In this document: positions 62,975 to 64,000 of the stretch, in pieces
Layout of the letters: the number at the start of each line of letters is the position of its first letter
Position numbering within the stretch: position 1 is the first letter of the stretch
Source of the DNA: Botryllus schlosseri
Lineage: Eukaryota
Assembly: GCA_051294905.1 (NCBI GenBank)
Contig: CM119372.1
Span: 32,986,001-33,050,000 of the forward strand
Direction of reading: 5' to 3'
Length of the DNA: 64,000 bases
The notes under the pieces: model-generated
What the model was told of the DNA's origin: nothing
Seen by the model: only the letters and a program-made list of their open reading frames with translations
The model's database searches: none
Translations under genes and position numbers: made by a program

Positions 62975-64000
62975 ACACTAAATTAATTTTGAAAATGGTA
63001 CATATACGCGCTGCTGGTAATCGCAATTTAGCGTAGAATAATGATACGACAATTTCAAAGTGATTGTTGGACCATAGCAATTTACTGCGTAAATTGCTAT
63101 GGTTGGACAATGGACATCGTGTCGGACCTAGAAATGTCCTAATTTATTTTTATCTCAAAGTATATGATCATTTGAGTATATTAAAACTAGATTGGTCCTC
63201 GGGAAACAATCGAGGGTGTTGCTAAACAAACTTTAAAAATGGTACATACGCGCTGCTGGTATTCGTAATTTACGCGTAATGATAAGGCAATTTCAAGGTG
63301 ATAGTTGGACGTCGTTTCGGACCTACAAATGTTTTAATTTACATCTATATAAACGTATATGATCATTGGAGTATATTAAAACCAGATTGGTCCTGCAAAG
63401 TAAGCATATATTGCGTCAAATTCTTGAAAATTCGCCGATCAATTGAAATATATTATAGTTGCTATCATTTCCGGGCCAGCGATCTTCCCTACTTCACACG
63501 ACAAAGCAGGAAATACCCTGCTCCAAAGACGAGTGACTACACTCACGCCAAAACGCATGACAAAATCTCTAGCCATGACGACGGGCTCAGTATTCTCTCG
63601 AATCTGTCACACATAACCGATCAACTGGAAATCTCATGACGCGTTCATGTGTGTCGTGATACCAAATTGCTTCATGTGAAAAGGCTTAATGTATCAATTT
63701 GCCAACTCGAAATGAAACTTACTACACAAACCAAGTTGATTCGTATCTGAATGTGTTAATTCGGTACAATTCTAATTATTTTGAGAAATCTTTTCGTGAT
63801 CTTTTGATTCGACCATAACCCGAATATTACTGACGCCGACTTTCAGCCACATTGAATTATTCGCACATTCCACGCCGCTGTTTTCACACTTATAGAATCA
63901 ATACCAACTATAATTCTACAAGAATCAAGAATCACAAGTATATGCATTATACAGTTATTGTCTTTATCAACACGAAATCAAACTCTTAACAAAAACACGC

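Larger units (their letters stand above)
61480..63395. repeat. Tandem units of about 190 bp arranged as two opposed arrays around a central hairpin
   Basis: GACACGATGTCCAACTATCAC at 61601, 61796, 61990 and 62168; reverse-complement units at 62405-62470 and 62975-63395. Confidence 0.9.
61010..63686. mobile_element. Non-autonomous PIF/Harbinger-like insertion
   Basis: TIR AGCCTATTCACATGA / TCATGTGAAAAGGCT (14/15 match); flanks CAA/TAA. The homologous site at about 2761 is empty with a single TAA. Confidence 0.8.
59315..64000. mobile_element. Second copy of the AGTAGT-terminated large element, running off the right edge of the window
   Basis: Begins AGTAGTATGTATGATCGGTCGC; minisatellite at 59340-60435; inverted homology to 2450-3832. 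Confidence 0.55.

Overview
Repeat-rich eukaryotic (metazoan, probably marine invertebrate) genomic DNA. Three conserved host genes are present, each as one uninterrupted ORF: a MALT1-type paracaspase (9898-11871 +), CENP-K (40798-41451 -) and endophilin B (45971-47017 -). All three are multi-exon genes in vertebrates. Each has a splice-acceptor-like AG shortly upstream of the ATG. The rest is a dense, often nested set of transposons: a frameshifted NOF/Foldback-type MULE transposase with a 177-bp array, a Sola2-like deletion derivative, a piggyBac remnant carrying further insertions, a four-level hAT nest containing a nearly intact hATm-like transposon, many hAT MITEs with 8-bp TSDs, RTE and CR1/L2-group LINE fragments, two tRNA-derived SINEs (one sharing a 3' motif with a LINE in the window), two Gypsy remnants, and a Harbinger-like insertion with an internal foldback array. 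The two window edges carry inverted copies of one large element with AGTAGT termini, possibly Polinton/Maverick ends. Family assignments come from motif recognition by eye, not database searches.
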